Part shown: in pieces, positions 27,213 through 36,440 of the stretch
Numbering within the stretch: the first letter of the stretch is position 1
How the letters are laid out: each line of letters starts with the position of its first letter
IMG/VR virus record: IMGVR_UViG_3300033066_000386
Location: 25,758 to 89,757 of that record
Reading direction: 5' to 3' (one strand)
Source: a virus
Taxonomy: Duplodnaviria > Caudoviricetes
Length of the DNA: 64,000 nt
Position numbers and translations under genes: made by a program
The notes under the pieces: generated by a model
What the model saw: the letters and a program-made list of their open reading frames with translations, nothing else
Databases searched by the model: none
What the model was told of the DNA's origin: nothing

Positions 27213-27241
27213 TTGCACTTAAACGAATTTAAGCGTATACT
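27213..27241 (+). promoter_or_regulatory. sigma70-type promoter P3
   Basis: TTGCAC-N17-TATACT; upstream tract nearly identical to P2. Confidence 0.72.
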
Positions 27242-27280
27242 AAGTGTGTAGAGACGAGCGACAACCAAACGCAAAGGAGA

Positions 27281-27574
27281 ATGACGATGGCAACCGAACT
27301 GATCACCAGGACGTGCAAATGCCTCGCGTGCGGGCGACGACCCGCCGCAACGACGCCGGAATGGCCGGCGCTTTGTGCATCGTGCCTCGACCGCACCGGC
27401 GAACGCATCAGGCCCGGTGTCCGCGTGATCTGCGAAGTCGATGATGGATGCAGCGGTACGGTCAATCGAATCGAAGATGGCCTGGCGGTTGTGACGACCA
27501 GCGATGGCAAGGAAGCGTGGATACCCATCCCCGAATTGGTTGCCATCACGAAAAGCATGAGATCCAAGTCCTAG
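27281..27574 (+). CDS. zinc-ribbon plus KOW/SH3-like small protein
   Basis: CLAC...CASC then IRPGVRV...GTVNRIEDGLAVV. Confidence 0.55.
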   Translation: MTMATELITRTCKCLACGRRPAATTPEWPALCASCLDRTGERIRPGVRVICEVDDGCSGTVNRIEDGLAVVTTSDGKEAWIPIPELVAITKSMRSKS

Positions 27575-27596
27575 CCCCAACATCGGTACAGCGTCC

Positions 27597-27893
27597 TCAA
27601 TCGCCCAACCATTTTCGGTAGTACGTTTCGGAAGCAGTCGGTTCATCGCCAAATGTCTGGCCTGATTGCTTGAACTGCTTCCACAAAGCTTCTTCCATCG
27701 CTTCCGCAGCATCCAACCAATAGAAGCATCGGTACAAAACCGATGTCCTAATTTCCATCGTTGGTGGTAGGTCAGCCGTGGGTGGGGTGGAGCAGAATTC
27801 ACATCCGCAATCCCCCCGTAGCCCATCGTGCTGGCATGTGGCACACAAGCTCTCCACCAAGTCTTGACCGCAATTCGGGCAATTACCGTTCAT
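27597..27893 (-). CDS. Cys-rich hypothetical protein
   Basis: CPNC, CATC, CGCEFC. Confidence 0.5.
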   Translation of the reverse strand: MNGNCPNCGQDLVESLCATCQHDGLRGDCGCEFCSTPPTADLPPTMEIRTSVLYRCFYWLDAAEAMEEALWKQFKQSGQTFGDEPTASETYYRKWLGD

Positions 27894-28086
27894 TGGATTT
27901 CTCCGGTTCGTACCGTTGGCAAACTCTCACTCGTCGCATCATCACTCTATAGGTGTGGCAGTCATGTGCCTCAAAGAATCTATCGCATAGACCGTTAATG
28001 ACTGATAAATGCAACAACATTCTTCTTGTCTCGATATCATCGCATTCCAACAAATCCATGTAGTTTTGCATGTAGTAATCGAGCAT
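27883..28086 (-). CDS. hypothetical protein
   Basis: Start overlaps upstream stop (TAATG). Confidence 0.5.
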   Translation of the reverse strand: MLDYYMQNYMDLLECDDIETRRMLLHLSVINGLCDRFFEAHDCHTYRVMMRRVRVCQRYEPEKSNER

Positions 28087-29720
28087 TACACTTCCTTCGG
28101 CAATAGGATTTGTTGGTCGTGCTTGCATTCGATTTCGATGACGGCGGGGTCGGTATATTTAAGTACTCGTTCAAGTTCAGATATGTTTTCTCTGGTTAAG
28201 CGACTGTGTATGACAATTCCCATTGCTTCGGCTACGTCTGAAATGTCTGGTATGGCCACATCATCGCCGCTACCTATCCTCCTGCCCTCACAGTATCGGT
28301 CTTGGGTATTACGAATGGACGCATAGCCACCGTTGCTGATGACGATGATCTTGACGTTGAGTTCTAGTCGCGCGAGTACGCTTAGCTCCTGCACGTTGGT
28401 CATGAAGCTACCATCCCCGATAACGGCAACCACCGGCACATTCGGATTGGCCAGGGCTGCTCCGATGGACGCTGGCAATGCCCACCCCATTTGGGCCAAT
28501 GATCCAGGGCAGATGAATCTTCGGTTGCCCATCATCTGCATGACCTGAGGAATGGCGTAGTAGGGCTGCCCGGCATCGTAAAGGATAATGGCGTCTTGGG
28601 ATATCTCGTCGTTCAAAGCGGATAAGGCTTCGTACAGGTCTAGCGGTCCATCTTCGTTGTCTACGATATACTCTTGGCTATGTTGGTGGTAGGCGTCTCC
28701 ACATGCCCTATGCCAATCGCTTCCCTCATGGGTAAATTCCAGCTTGAGCTTAACCAGCTTTCTAAGGAACTCGCCCACGTCGCACTCGAACTTCAAGCCG
28801 CCGTGATCCACCTTGTCCAGTACGGCGCGGTCCGGGTCCACATGGATGATCGTGGCGTTCTTGGGCAGGTACTCGCCATCCCATCCGATGGTTTGGTTGT
28901 GTAGGCTACAGCCCATGACGAGGACCACATCGGCATTCTTGAGCATCCAGTTCGCTGCGGTATGACCCTTCACTCCTGGGTGGCCATAGCTGTATCGGAT
29001 GGCATCTTTGGCGAATTGGGTGGTGATGATCGGGATGGTGCAGGACTCGTCTAGCTGGCGTGCCGCCTCAATCGCTCCAGAACAGCGTATGCCGTGTCCA
29101 AATAGGATCAACGGGCGTCTAGCCTCCTTGAGCAGTTTGGATGCCTGCAAGGGCCATTCTGGATTGATTTTAACCCGTTCTAGGGCCGGATTTAGTGGCT
29201 CTTTAGGAATCGGCAGCTTGTCTTGGCTGATTTCGCTGCTTTGAAAGTCGAGGGGGACTTCCAAATAGACCGGCCCCGGCCTTCCCGACACGCATTCCAT
29301 CCATGAGCCTTCGATGCAGATAATGCCGTGATCCTTGGTGAAGGCCGAGACGATGGGGAACGTATCTACTTCAAGAAACCCCGTTTGTCTCAATCTAGTT
29401 CCATTATTGCAATCCTTGACCTTGCTTTGACCCACGATGTAGATGACGGGGATGGAGTCTTGGTACGCGCTGACGATTCCCGTAATGAGGTTGGGTCCAC
29501 CTGGTCCACCCGTGGCAAGGCATAGGCTGGGTCTGCCCGTTATCCGAGCGTAGGCATCGGCAGCATAGGCTGCGGCTTGCTCATGGTGGAAGCAGGTGTA
29601 CCCCATGCCGCTCTTCTTAACCGCGTCCATCAAGTACATCATCTGCCCACCCGATACCAGGAAGGCGTGGTCAATGCCCTGGGCTTGCAGGAATTGGATG
29701 AGGTAGTCAGCTACGATCAT
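28086..29720 (-). CDS. thiamine-diphosphate-dependent enzyme (acetolactate-synthase fold, YerE-like)
   Basis: MIVADYL...HHEQAAAYAADAYAR...TGGPGGPN...RPGPVYLEVPLD...MGWALPASIGA...GDGSFMTN...NGGY; SD aggag at 29720; frame stays open to 29855. Confidence 0.9.
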   Translation of the reverse strand: MIVADYLIQFLQAQGIDHAFLVSGGQMMYLMDAVKKSGMGYTCFHHEQAAAYAADAYARITGRPSLCLATGGPGGPNLITGIVSAYQDSIPVIYIVGQSKVKDCNNGTRLRQTGFLEVDTFPIVSAFTKDHGIICIEGSWMECVSGRPGPVYLEVPLDFQSSEISQDKLPIPKEPLNPALERVKINPEWPLQASKLLKEARRPLILFGHGIRCSGAIEAARQLDESCTIPIITTQFAKDAIRYSYGHPGVKGHTAANWMLKNADVVLVMGCSLHNQTIGWDGEYLPKNATIIHVDPDRAVLDKVDHGGLKFECDVGEFLRKLVKLKLEFTHEGSDWHRACGDAYHQHSQEYIVDNEDGPLDLYEALSALNDEISQDAIILYDAGQPYYAIPQVMQMMGNRRFICPGSLAQMGWALPASIGAALANPNVPVVAVIGDGSFMTNVQELSVLARLELNVKIIVISNGGYASIRNTQDRYCEGRRIGSGDDVAIPDISDVAEAMGIVIHSRLTRENISELERVLKYTDPAVIEIECKHDQQILLPKEV

Positions 29721-29869
29721 GGTTGCTCCTTTTCGTATTTGAGGGAGAACGCTAGCAACTCTTCGAGCGTGGGGGCCGCGATCTTCGTCATAACGATTGC
29801 CGCACCTCTCACACACGTCATCCTCAAGGTGATATCCACATTCACATGTAAGCATTGAATTACTCCTAG

Positions 29870-30115
29870 CTATCGCACGCTGGACAACGCATTGGATACT
29901 CGAAGCTCCACTTGGTCAACTGCTAACTCAAACGCATGTTCCAACCCGTCTGCCCTATCTCCCATATAGGTCTGCCATCTCCATCCGTAATCCTTCTCAC
30001 CCACCCCTTCCGTGAAGTACACGTCTGCAACCTTACGGACCAATCCGCGCACCTTTGGGCCGAAGTTCCATGTGTCGTCACCGATGTATTGCCACTCCAT
30101 TTCGTCAATGCTCAT
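29870..30115 (-). CDS. hypothetical protein
   Basis: 81-aa ORF with SD aggag. Confidence 0.55.
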   Translation of the reverse strand: MSIDEMEWQYIGDDTWNFGPKVRGLVRKVADVYFTEGVGEKDYGWRWQTYMGDRADGLEHAFELAVDQVELRVSNALSSVR

Positions 30116-30123
30116 GGTTGCTC

Positions 30124-30351
30124 CTAGCAGCGAATAATCGGATTGTTGTCGGAATGGATTTTGTTCAGCGCGTCCTGCATTTCCTTATCCCCAAACGAGG
30201 GATCAATCTCGTGCTTGAACACCAGATCGAGATGCTTCCTAATCATCGTTGTTGCCTCTGGGTCAATGCCTTCGTCCAAGATGCTGCCCCTTCCCTTACC
30301 GCTAATCTCAAAATACCCTTGTAACCAGTAACAGAAATCTCGACTTGTCAT
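30124..30351 (-). CDS. conserved phage hypothetical protein
   Basis: MTSRDFCYWLQGYFEI...IRKHLDLVF, a familiar phage small-protein pattern. Confidence 0.65.
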   Translation of the reverse strand: MTSRDFCYWLQGYFEISGKGRGSILDEGIDPEATTMIRKHLDLVFKHEIDPSFGDKEMQDALNKIHSDNNPIIRC

Positions 30352-30518
30352 GACGTTCTCCCATAAAAGTGAAAGCGGGTTCCGTGGCTTCGATTGCTAC
30401 ACCCGCCACATAGCACGGTCTGTGGGTTGGGGCCTTGTTATCGGCCTGCTTGCGTGGGAACTGGCGAAGACGTAGGCCACGCAAGCCCCGGAGAGCCACG
30501 GCTGCTCCTATGAAACTC

Positions 30519-31376
30519 CTACGTCTTCCTGAGTCCTTCGAGTACGTAATAGTTCATGGTCCGCTTGAGGGCATCTTCGAGCGGAATGGTGGGCTCGTAA
30601 TTACCAAGAATGAAGTCCTTTTCTGGTTCATCGTCTCCGAGAACCACGTTGTCCGTTAGTAGTCGCGCGACCCTGACTAGGCTAACAGCATCGAGACTTC
30701 CTAGTTCACACAACAGATTCTCTACAGTTGCTCGCAACAATTCAATTACCATATCGCAAGCGTGGAGATAACCCCTAACGGTGTTGGGAGAGCGTACCAA
30801 GACCGGCTCACCGGCAAGGGCTTGCTTGATGAAGTTGCCCACCGCGAATCGCTCTAGGTCCATCATGGGGCCGACGAAGCTGTAACCACGAACAATGCTG
30901 GCTTCCAATCCGTCTTCTTCACACGCTCGGTGCAACATCGTTTCACATAGACGCTTGGTCTCGGCTATCACCCTGCGCGAATCGTTCCACCCATAATCCA
31001 TGTGGACCGCTTGGCTGGAGGTGAATAACAGCTTCTTTACGCCTTGCACCTTGCAGAATTCCAAGACACGTTCCATGCCCACAATGTTGTTGGCGATGCT
31101 CTTGTGGTCGTAGGCAAAGTGCATGACGTAATCGTGGCCGTCAGCATGGTCCAAGCCCAATAGCGGGTCCAAGTTCTGAATTCGGTAAGCGTCGTGGTAG
31201 CTCCAGAACGTGGTGATGCCTAGCAATTCATCCGCGCGATCCAACGTCATCGTCATCCACCTACCAAAGAACCCAGCGGCTCCCGTGATGAAGATGCGTT
31301 TGCCGTCAAGCTGCCTCAGATACGGCTCCGCATGCTTGACGATGTGGTCCAAGTCGGCTTGTAGTTGTGGGTTCAT
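30519..31376 (-). CDS. NAD-dependent epimerase/dehydratase/reductase (extended SDR)
   Basis: KRIFITGAAGFFG, LLFTSS, AETKRLCE, RGYSFVGP, RGYLHACD; start refined to MNPQLQ. Confidence 0.85.
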   Translation of the reverse strand: MNPQLQADLDHIVKHAEPYLRQLDGKRIFITGAAGFFGRWMTMTLDRADELLGITTFWSYHDAYRIQNLDPLLGLDHADGHDYVMHFAYDHKSIANNIVGMERVLEFCKVQGVKKLLFTSSQAVHMDYGWNDSRRVIAETKRLCETMLHRACEEDGLEASIVRGYSFVGPMMDLERFAVGNFIKQALAGEPVLVRSPNTVRGYLHACDMVIELLRATVENLLCELGSLDAVSLVRVARLLTDNVVLGDDEPEKDFILGNYEPTIPLEDALKRTMNYYVLEGLRKT

Positions 31377-31524
31377 CGCATGATCCTTTCGATGATAGCA
31401 GAGGCGGCGAATGGAATTAGGGTGCAGACAAATCCGATGATCGACCCCACCACCATCCCTGTTCGCCAAGCCCTACCGTAAGCCCTGATCTCCCCTTCGG
31501 TCTTGTAGTCGTCTATGTCGAAAA

Positions 31525-31716
31525 TCATTCCTTGCCTCCCAGCCCTGCGGCTTTACAGACTTCCTCAACCGCTTGATCCAATACGTCGATCTTATCCTCA
31601 GCCTTCCTCAAGCGGTGATAGAGGAAGGGGACAATGGAGGCCAATGCGACCGCGGCCACGGACAGGCACGCACACACAATGCCAAGACACACGCAGACCG
31701 TTTCTAGAGTATTCAC
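31525..31716 (-). CDS. small single-TM membrane protein
   Basis: Long hydrophobic N-terminal helix then coiled coil. Confidence 0.5.
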   Translation of the reverse strand: MNTLETVCVCLGIVCACLSVAAVALASIVPFLYHRLRKAEDKIDVLDQAVEEVCKAAGLGGKE

Positions 31717-31907
31717 TCGGTTACTCCGTTGTCTTGGTAGGTCGTCGCAACGAACTGTGCGTGCGAATCGTCTATGGCCAGTTCTTCCTCGTAGCAGTCG
31801 TTACAGATTGGCTCATAAAGGTCAGCAGGATGCCCAGGGAAGTTGTCTGAAGCAACCTTTATTGGGAATGACTTCTCACACTTCCAGCACACGAATTCTC
31901 CGCTCAT
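31713..31907 (-). CDS. small zinc-finger protein
   Basis: CWKC...CNDC; overlaps neighbours. Confidence 0.5.
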   Translation of the reverse strand: MSGEFVCWKCEKSFPIKVASDNFPGHPADLYEPICNDCYEEELAIDDSHAQFVATTYQDNGVTE

Positions 31908-32101
31908 TTCGCACCACCTTTCTCCACCAGCTTGGGGGGCTGTTCCTGGCCGTTGGCAATTTCATGAGTGAGTGAGTCGATGTACTTGAGCAATTCGCCC
32001 ACATGCTCGGCGTAGGTTTGGTTGCTGGCGGCATTGTAGCCCAGGCTTGCTTCCGCATGCCGCTTACGAATCACTTCCAATCGTTCCTTAGTCATCATCA
32101 T
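31904..32101 (-). CDS. hypothetical protein
   Basis: 65-aa ORF, coupled overlaps. Confidence 0.5.
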   Translation of the reverse strand: MMMTKERLEVIRKRHAEASLGYNAASNQTYAEHVGELLKYIDSLTHEIANGQEQPPKLVEKGGAK

Positions 32102-32609
32102 TCTCCCTTGGTTGCATTAAACCATTTCGTTTCTTGTTGGGACCGAATCCTAGACGCCTTCGACGGGCGGCAAAGCTGGGGGGCTTGATTCCCAACTCGG
32201 ATGCGGCTTCCTTGTCCGTGTATCCGGCGTCCATCAGTCGTATCGTTTGTTCTCGCACTTCCCAATCCACATTCTTGACGTACCAGTCTTCGTCGCCTAC
32301 CTTGCAATTGGGCTTTAATCCGCGCGCCTTGCGCCATTGGCGGATGTTGCTGGACGTGCATCCGATTCTATCCGCAATGTCCCGATCCGATAGACCTGAA
32401 CCATAAAGCTCTTGCCCCATCTCGGACAGCTTCCGGCTATGGCGGAACGTGGGTATCGCCGGTATCCCCCGCTTGGCCCTCCATTGCTGGACCAACCATT
32501 TCGTGCAACCCACCTTTTGGGCAATGACGGAATCACGCAGCCCCATCTCGACCATGCCCCTACCGATCTGGTCTAGTACCTTGGTTGCCCCGGTATGTAT
32601 GTGCGACAT
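32088..32609 (-). CDS. DNA-binding protein with three tandem HTH repeats
   Basis: LRDSVIAQKVGC..WR, LSDRDIADRIGC..WR, YTDKEAASELGI..RR. Confidence 0.65.
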   Translation of the reverse strand: MSHIHTGATKVLDQIGRGMVEMGLRDSVIAQKVGCTKWLVQQWRAKRGIPAIPTFRHSRKLSEMGQELYGSGLSDRDIADRIGCTSSNIRQWRKARGLKPNCKVGDEDWYVKNVDWEVREQTIRLMDAGYTDKEAASELGIKPPSFAARRRRLGFGPNKKRNGLMQPRENDDD

Positions 32610-32619
32610 GAACCCTCCG

Positions 32620-32883
32620 TCATTTCTTTTTCAAGTGCTTTCCCGCAATGATCGTTTCCAGGTGTTCCACACGCACCCGTAACTCCGATAACTCGTCTTC
32701 CAAGGTAAGCTGCTCGCCACCACCCCCACCTTCCCCGTCGTCTTCGTCCTCATCTGGTGGTCCAAGGCCAATGATTACATCCACGAGGGCTTCTACGTGA
32801 TCGGTGGTTAGCTGATCCGTCTCGACCATTTGAGAGAAGGAACCCCTGTCAGGACGATTGCTAACGCTATGGTACTTAAACAT
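32620..32883 (-). CDS. hypothetical protein
   Basis: 87-aa ORF with acidic/Gly linker. Confidence 0.5.
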   Translation of the reverse strand: MFKYHSVSNRPDRGSFSQMVETDQLTTDHVEALVDVIIGLGPPDEDEDDGEGGGGGEQLTLEDELSELRVRVEHLETIIAGKHLKKK

Positions 32884-33251
32884 GCTGCCCCTCCCTCATC
32901 CGTAGTTTCTTCCGTGCCTCTCGATACGCCACTTGCTGTTGAGCGACGGTGAACCTTTTCTTGAACGTCAACCTGCTATGGATGACCGCCGTCTCATAGT
33001 TGACCATGATTTCCCAATTCTTCCGCGCGGATTCCACGATGGCATCGCGTAGCACATCGATTGCCTTCATGTACTCTTCCGGTGTATCCATCATCCTTGC
33101 ACCCCCCTTTCTTTCTTGGGCTTCGGGCTGCCCTTGCCGCACATCGAATGCTTCAACCCATCTCGGTACTTGGAATTGGATTGAGAGCATTTCTTGCAAA
33201 CGCGCTGCCCGTCGAATTGTTGAGGCTTTTCCTCTCGGCACTTAAGGCAAA

Positions 33252-33539
33252 TCATGTCATCACTCCGTGACCAGGGTTCTTCAAATCCCCTCCATCCAAT
33301 GCCAGCCCCTCTTTGGCCAGCTTGGATAGACGCTTGATGGCATATTCCATTTGTAGGGCTTCCGACTTGCTCTCGCATTTTAGCATCCATACCAGCGATA
33401 CGGGCAGTCTTGATCGGGTGTATTTGGCCCCCTTGCCGCTATTGTGTTTCTTCTCGCGCGAGTACACATCATTGGACACGCCGCAATAGAGGCTGCCATC
33501 GGAGCATCGCAAGATGTAAGTGTGCCACGTTAGTACCAT
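33252..33539 (-). CDS. GIY-YIG nuclease (UPF0213/YhbQ-like)
   Basis: YILRCSDGSLYCG...HNSGKGAKYTRSRLPV...EALQMEYAIKRL. Confidence 0.88.
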   Translation of the reverse strand: MVLTWHTYILRCSDGSLYCGVSNDVYSREKKHNSGKGAKYTRSRLPVSLVWMLKCESKSEALQMEYAIKRLSKLAKEGLALDGGDLKNPGHGVMT

Positions 33540-33772
33540 GTCGGAACGCTCGGCTGGGTCAGGACGTTGAACCGCTTCTGAACGGCTGCCATGACCCTAT
33601 CGTAGACCCAATCCGGTAGCTGCTCGGTTGGCGTTGTGAGGATGATGTCTTTCGGTATCTCGGCTAGGAATGTCATCCTATCCGCCGTCCCAAGCAGCTT
33701 CCGTGCCCGCATCATGAGGATGAAGGCATTGGGTTCCTTGAGGTCCGTGATGTCGATTTGCTTACGCTCCAC
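33530..33772 (-). CDS. hypothetical protein
   Basis: 80-aa ORF in operon. Confidence 0.5.
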   Translation of the reverse strand: MERKQIDITDLKEPNAFILMMRARKLLGTADRMTFLAEIPKDIILTTPTEQLPDWVYDRVMAAVQKRFNVLTQPSVPTWY

Positions 33773-33976
33773 TAGTAATCCTCCAATTTAGTTAGTCGCA
33801 CCCGTTGTCCGACATGCCGTCAATCCAATTTGTTTCGATGACCTGCCTCTTCTCTTCTACGGCGTCAATAGCCCATTGGCATCCTTTGAGAGCGAATGCC
33901 AACATCCACTCGTCTCCGGTTGGGTAATAGGTGGAACCGTCTTTACAGACTATACCTGGGCGTATTGGCTCTAACA

Positions 33977-34207
33977 TCAGTAATCCTCCGTTAGAAACTC
34001 CACGTCTTTGCACCACACGCACTCGAACTTGGTTTCGACCCGAATCTTGCCATCCTTGGTGTATCGCCCATGCCCCTTGTAGGCGTAGCTCCCACCGCAA
34101 TAGGAATGTCTACAGGGCTTGCCGTGGCCCTTGTCATGGAGTCGGTCGATGAACTCCGATAGCCCCGGCTTGGCTGGCGTTACCTTCCGTGTCGGTTTCA
34201 TGGTCAA
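33977..34207 (-). CDS. hypothetical Cys-containing protein
   Basis: 76-aa ORF, CVWC. Confidence 0.45.
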   Translation of the reverse strand: MTMKPTRKVTPAKPGLSEFIDRLHDKGHGKPCRHSYCGGSYAYKGHGRYTKDGKIRVETKFECVWCKDVEFLTEDY

Positions 34208-34443
34208 CCCTTGTCTATCTGCTCGGCAAATTCCATAGCGGCTTTAACGGTATTAAACCTCTTATGCCACGGTGTGCCGTTGCTCTTTTTGTGTACGTTG
34301 GAAATCAGTAGTGCCGCCGATCCTCGACGTAAAATCTCAAATTTCCCATCTTCCGAATCGTACCCTGCGATTGCATTATCTTTACGAATCCACAATCGGA
34401 AATCGCTACCCAAGGTAATGTGTTTAGGAAATGCCGGTCTCAT
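34204..34443 (-). CDS. hypothetical protein
   Basis: Start overlaps rfbH stop (ATGA). Confidence 0.5.
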   Translation of the reverse strand: MRPAFPKHITLGSDFRLWIRKDNAIAGYDSEDGKFEILRRGSAALLISNVHKKSNGTPWHKRFNTVKAAMEFAEQIDKG

Positions 34444-35765
34444 CGCTCCACCACCTTTTCGTGAAAAATCTCTAGAACGTAATCCAGCATAGCAGTCGTT
34501 AGCCCCGGCCAACAACCTACCCAGAATGTATTGTGCATCACATAATCAGTGTTGGCAAGTTGGCCCACCACTCGCTTCTCCACGTCCTTGTAGGCCGGTT
34601 GCTTGGTGAGATTGCCCCCGAATAACAATCGGGTCTGGATGCCATGATCGTTTAACTTGGCTACTACGTAGTTGCGATTAAAGAATGCAGAGGATGTTGG
34701 ACGTATCGACAAGGCGAACCCGAACCATGAGGGGTTGCTGTTGGGTGTAGGCTCCGGCAGGATGAAGTATTCTTCCAAGTCTTTGAGGCCATCGTAGAGG
34801 TACTTCCAGTTGAATCTGCGCGATTCGATGAACGACGGCAGCTTCTTGAGTTGAGCCAACCCCAAGGCGGCTTGCATCTCGGTTGCTTTCAAGTTGTAGC
34901 CAATCTCCGAGAAGGCGTACTTATGATCCCATCCATCCGGCAATTCGCCTAGCACGCTCTTGGGCTGATTGAACCGCTTACCACAAGAGTTGTCCACCCC
35001 TGGCGGACACCAGCAAGAACGCCCCCAGTCCCGTAGCGAGTTGACGATAGAGTTTAGCTTGGCGTTGCTCGTCACCACCATGCCTCCCTCGCCGGTTGTC
35101 ATGTGGTGGGCTGGATAGAAGCTGTAGGTGGAAAAATGACCGGCCACGCCCACATGGTCGCCAATTATCTCATCCCCATACCTTGAGCCTAGCGCGTCGC
35201 ACGAATCTTCGATCAGGTAGAGGTCGTGCTTGTGAACGAACTCGTAGACTTCCGTCATGTTGAAGGGGTTGCCCAGCGTATGGGCGATCATAACCGCGCG
35301 GGTCTTGTCGCTCCTTGCGGCTTCCAACTGGGTCACGTCGATGTTGTAGGTCGGCAAGGTCACGTCCACGAATACAGGAACTAAACCATTCTGAATGATC
35401 GGGTTGACCGTGGTGGGGAACCCTGCGGCTACGGTGATTACCTCATCCACCTTCCTGAGAGGGTTGTCCAATCGCTTCGAGGTGAGGGCGGTGAGGGCTA
35501 GTAGATTCGCACTACTCCCGCTATTGGCGAAGGATGCGAACCGTTGCTCCACCGTATCCGCAAATGCCTTCTCGAATGCCGGTACACGATGCCCACCCGT
35601 TAGGTCGAAGTCCAGGGCGGATTCCACCAAGGCCACCATCTCCTCATGATCGTAGACCTTGCCGCTCACGGGGACTTTGTTCTTGCCTGGGATGAACGGC
35701 GTGGGCTTGTGGAACAAGTCGCAATATCGCTTGACGGAATCGAGAATGGAGGCTTTGTCGTTCAC
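34440..35765 (-). CDS. rfbH: CDP-4-keto-6-deoxy-D-glucose 3-dehydrase (E1), PLP/PMP-dependent
   Basis: VPVSGKVY...NSGSSANLLAL...AHTLGNPF...EDSCDALGS...SFYPAHHMTTGEGG (His in place of Schiff-base Lys), RDWGRSCWCPPG...C Cys motif. Confidence 0.92.
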   Translation of the reverse strand: MNDKASILDSVKRYCDLFHKPTPFIPGKNKVPVSGKVYDHEEMVALVESALDFDLTGGHRVPAFEKAFADTVEQRFASFANSGSSANLLALTALTSKRLDNPLRKVDEVITVAAGFPTTVNPIIQNGLVPVFVDVTLPTYNIDVTQLEAARSDKTRAVMIAHTLGNPFNMTEVYEFVHKHDLYLIEDSCDALGSRYGDEIIGDHVGVAGHFSTYSFYPAHHMTTGEGGMVVTSNAKLNSIVNSLRDWGRSCWCPPGVDNSCGKRFNQPKSVLGELPDGWDHKYAFSEIGYNLKATEMQAALGLAQLKKLPSFIESRRFNWKYLYDGLKDLEEYFILPEPTPNSNPSWFGFALSIRPTSSAFFNRNYVVAKLNDHGIQTRLLFGGNLTKQPAYKDVEKRVVGQLANTDYVMHNTFWVGCWPGLTTAMLDYVLEIFHEKVVER

Positions 35766-36073
35766 TTTGATAACTCCGCGTTGAGCATATCGGTCAGGTC
35801 GGAAAGGAATAGGTTCATGCAGACGGATTTACAGGGGTCTTTTTCGGACAAGCTGTAATGATTAAAGACAACCATTTCGAGCGGTCTTAGATTAAAGTAT
35901 CTTTGAGACACCTCCCTAATCATCTCCACCGTTAGTAGTCGCTTGGGCTTGTCATCCCGTTTGTACTCGTGCGACTCCAACTCGCTTAGCCGATCATTCA
36001 CTTCGGCCAACGTATCGTAGCCAACCTCCCGTGTCATATCCCCTAGCGTCTCACGAACGTAATACCTACTCAT
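35762..36073 (-). CDS. hypothetical protein
   Basis: Start refined to MSRYYVRE. Confidence 0.5.
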   Translation of the reverse strand: MSRYYVRETLGDMTREVGYDTLAEVNDRLSELESHEYKRDDKPKRLLTVEMIREVSQRYFNLRPLEMVVFNHYSLSEKDPCKSVCMNLFLSDLTDMLNAELSK

Positions 36074-36440
36074 GGCGTTGCTCCTTCGGCCACCCCGACC
36101 ACGACTCTCCGTGCATGGGATGGAACATTGATAAAGCATCCAGTATTGAGTTTATTTTTTGAGACAGTTCCCATGACCACGAACTACTACCAACGTTCCT
36201 AGTTAGGTCAGCTATTAACTGAATGGCTTCCTGATGCTTCTCTAAGATACAATCACGGTTAGCCTCAATTAAGCCAGCCATAGGATCGTACCTAGCGGAT
36301 AACTCCTTTTCCAATTCATCAATCACTGCTGCCCTACGAAGCAACTGCCTGCTTAAGATGCGTAGATCATCATCAGGATCACAATTAGGCTCGTTGAGTA
36401 ATTTGTTGGCCAGCACTATAGAGTCAGATTTCTCGCTCAC
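36066..36440 (-). CDS. hypothetical protein
   Basis: GTG start overlapping rfbG-like stop; visibly AT-richer. Confidence 0.5.
   Translation of the reverse strand: MSEKSDSIVLANKLLNEPNCDPDDDLRILSRQLLRRAAVIDELEKELSARYDPMAGLIEANRDCILEKHQEAIQLIADLTRNVGSSSWSWELSQKINSILDALSMFHPMHGESWSGWPKEQRHE

Noticed and set aside
28086-29720. Acetolactate synthase as an amino-acid auxiliary metabolic gene
   Set aside because: No ilvH/ilvC/ilvD present, and CDP-sugar genes nearby favour a YerE-like role; not fully excluded
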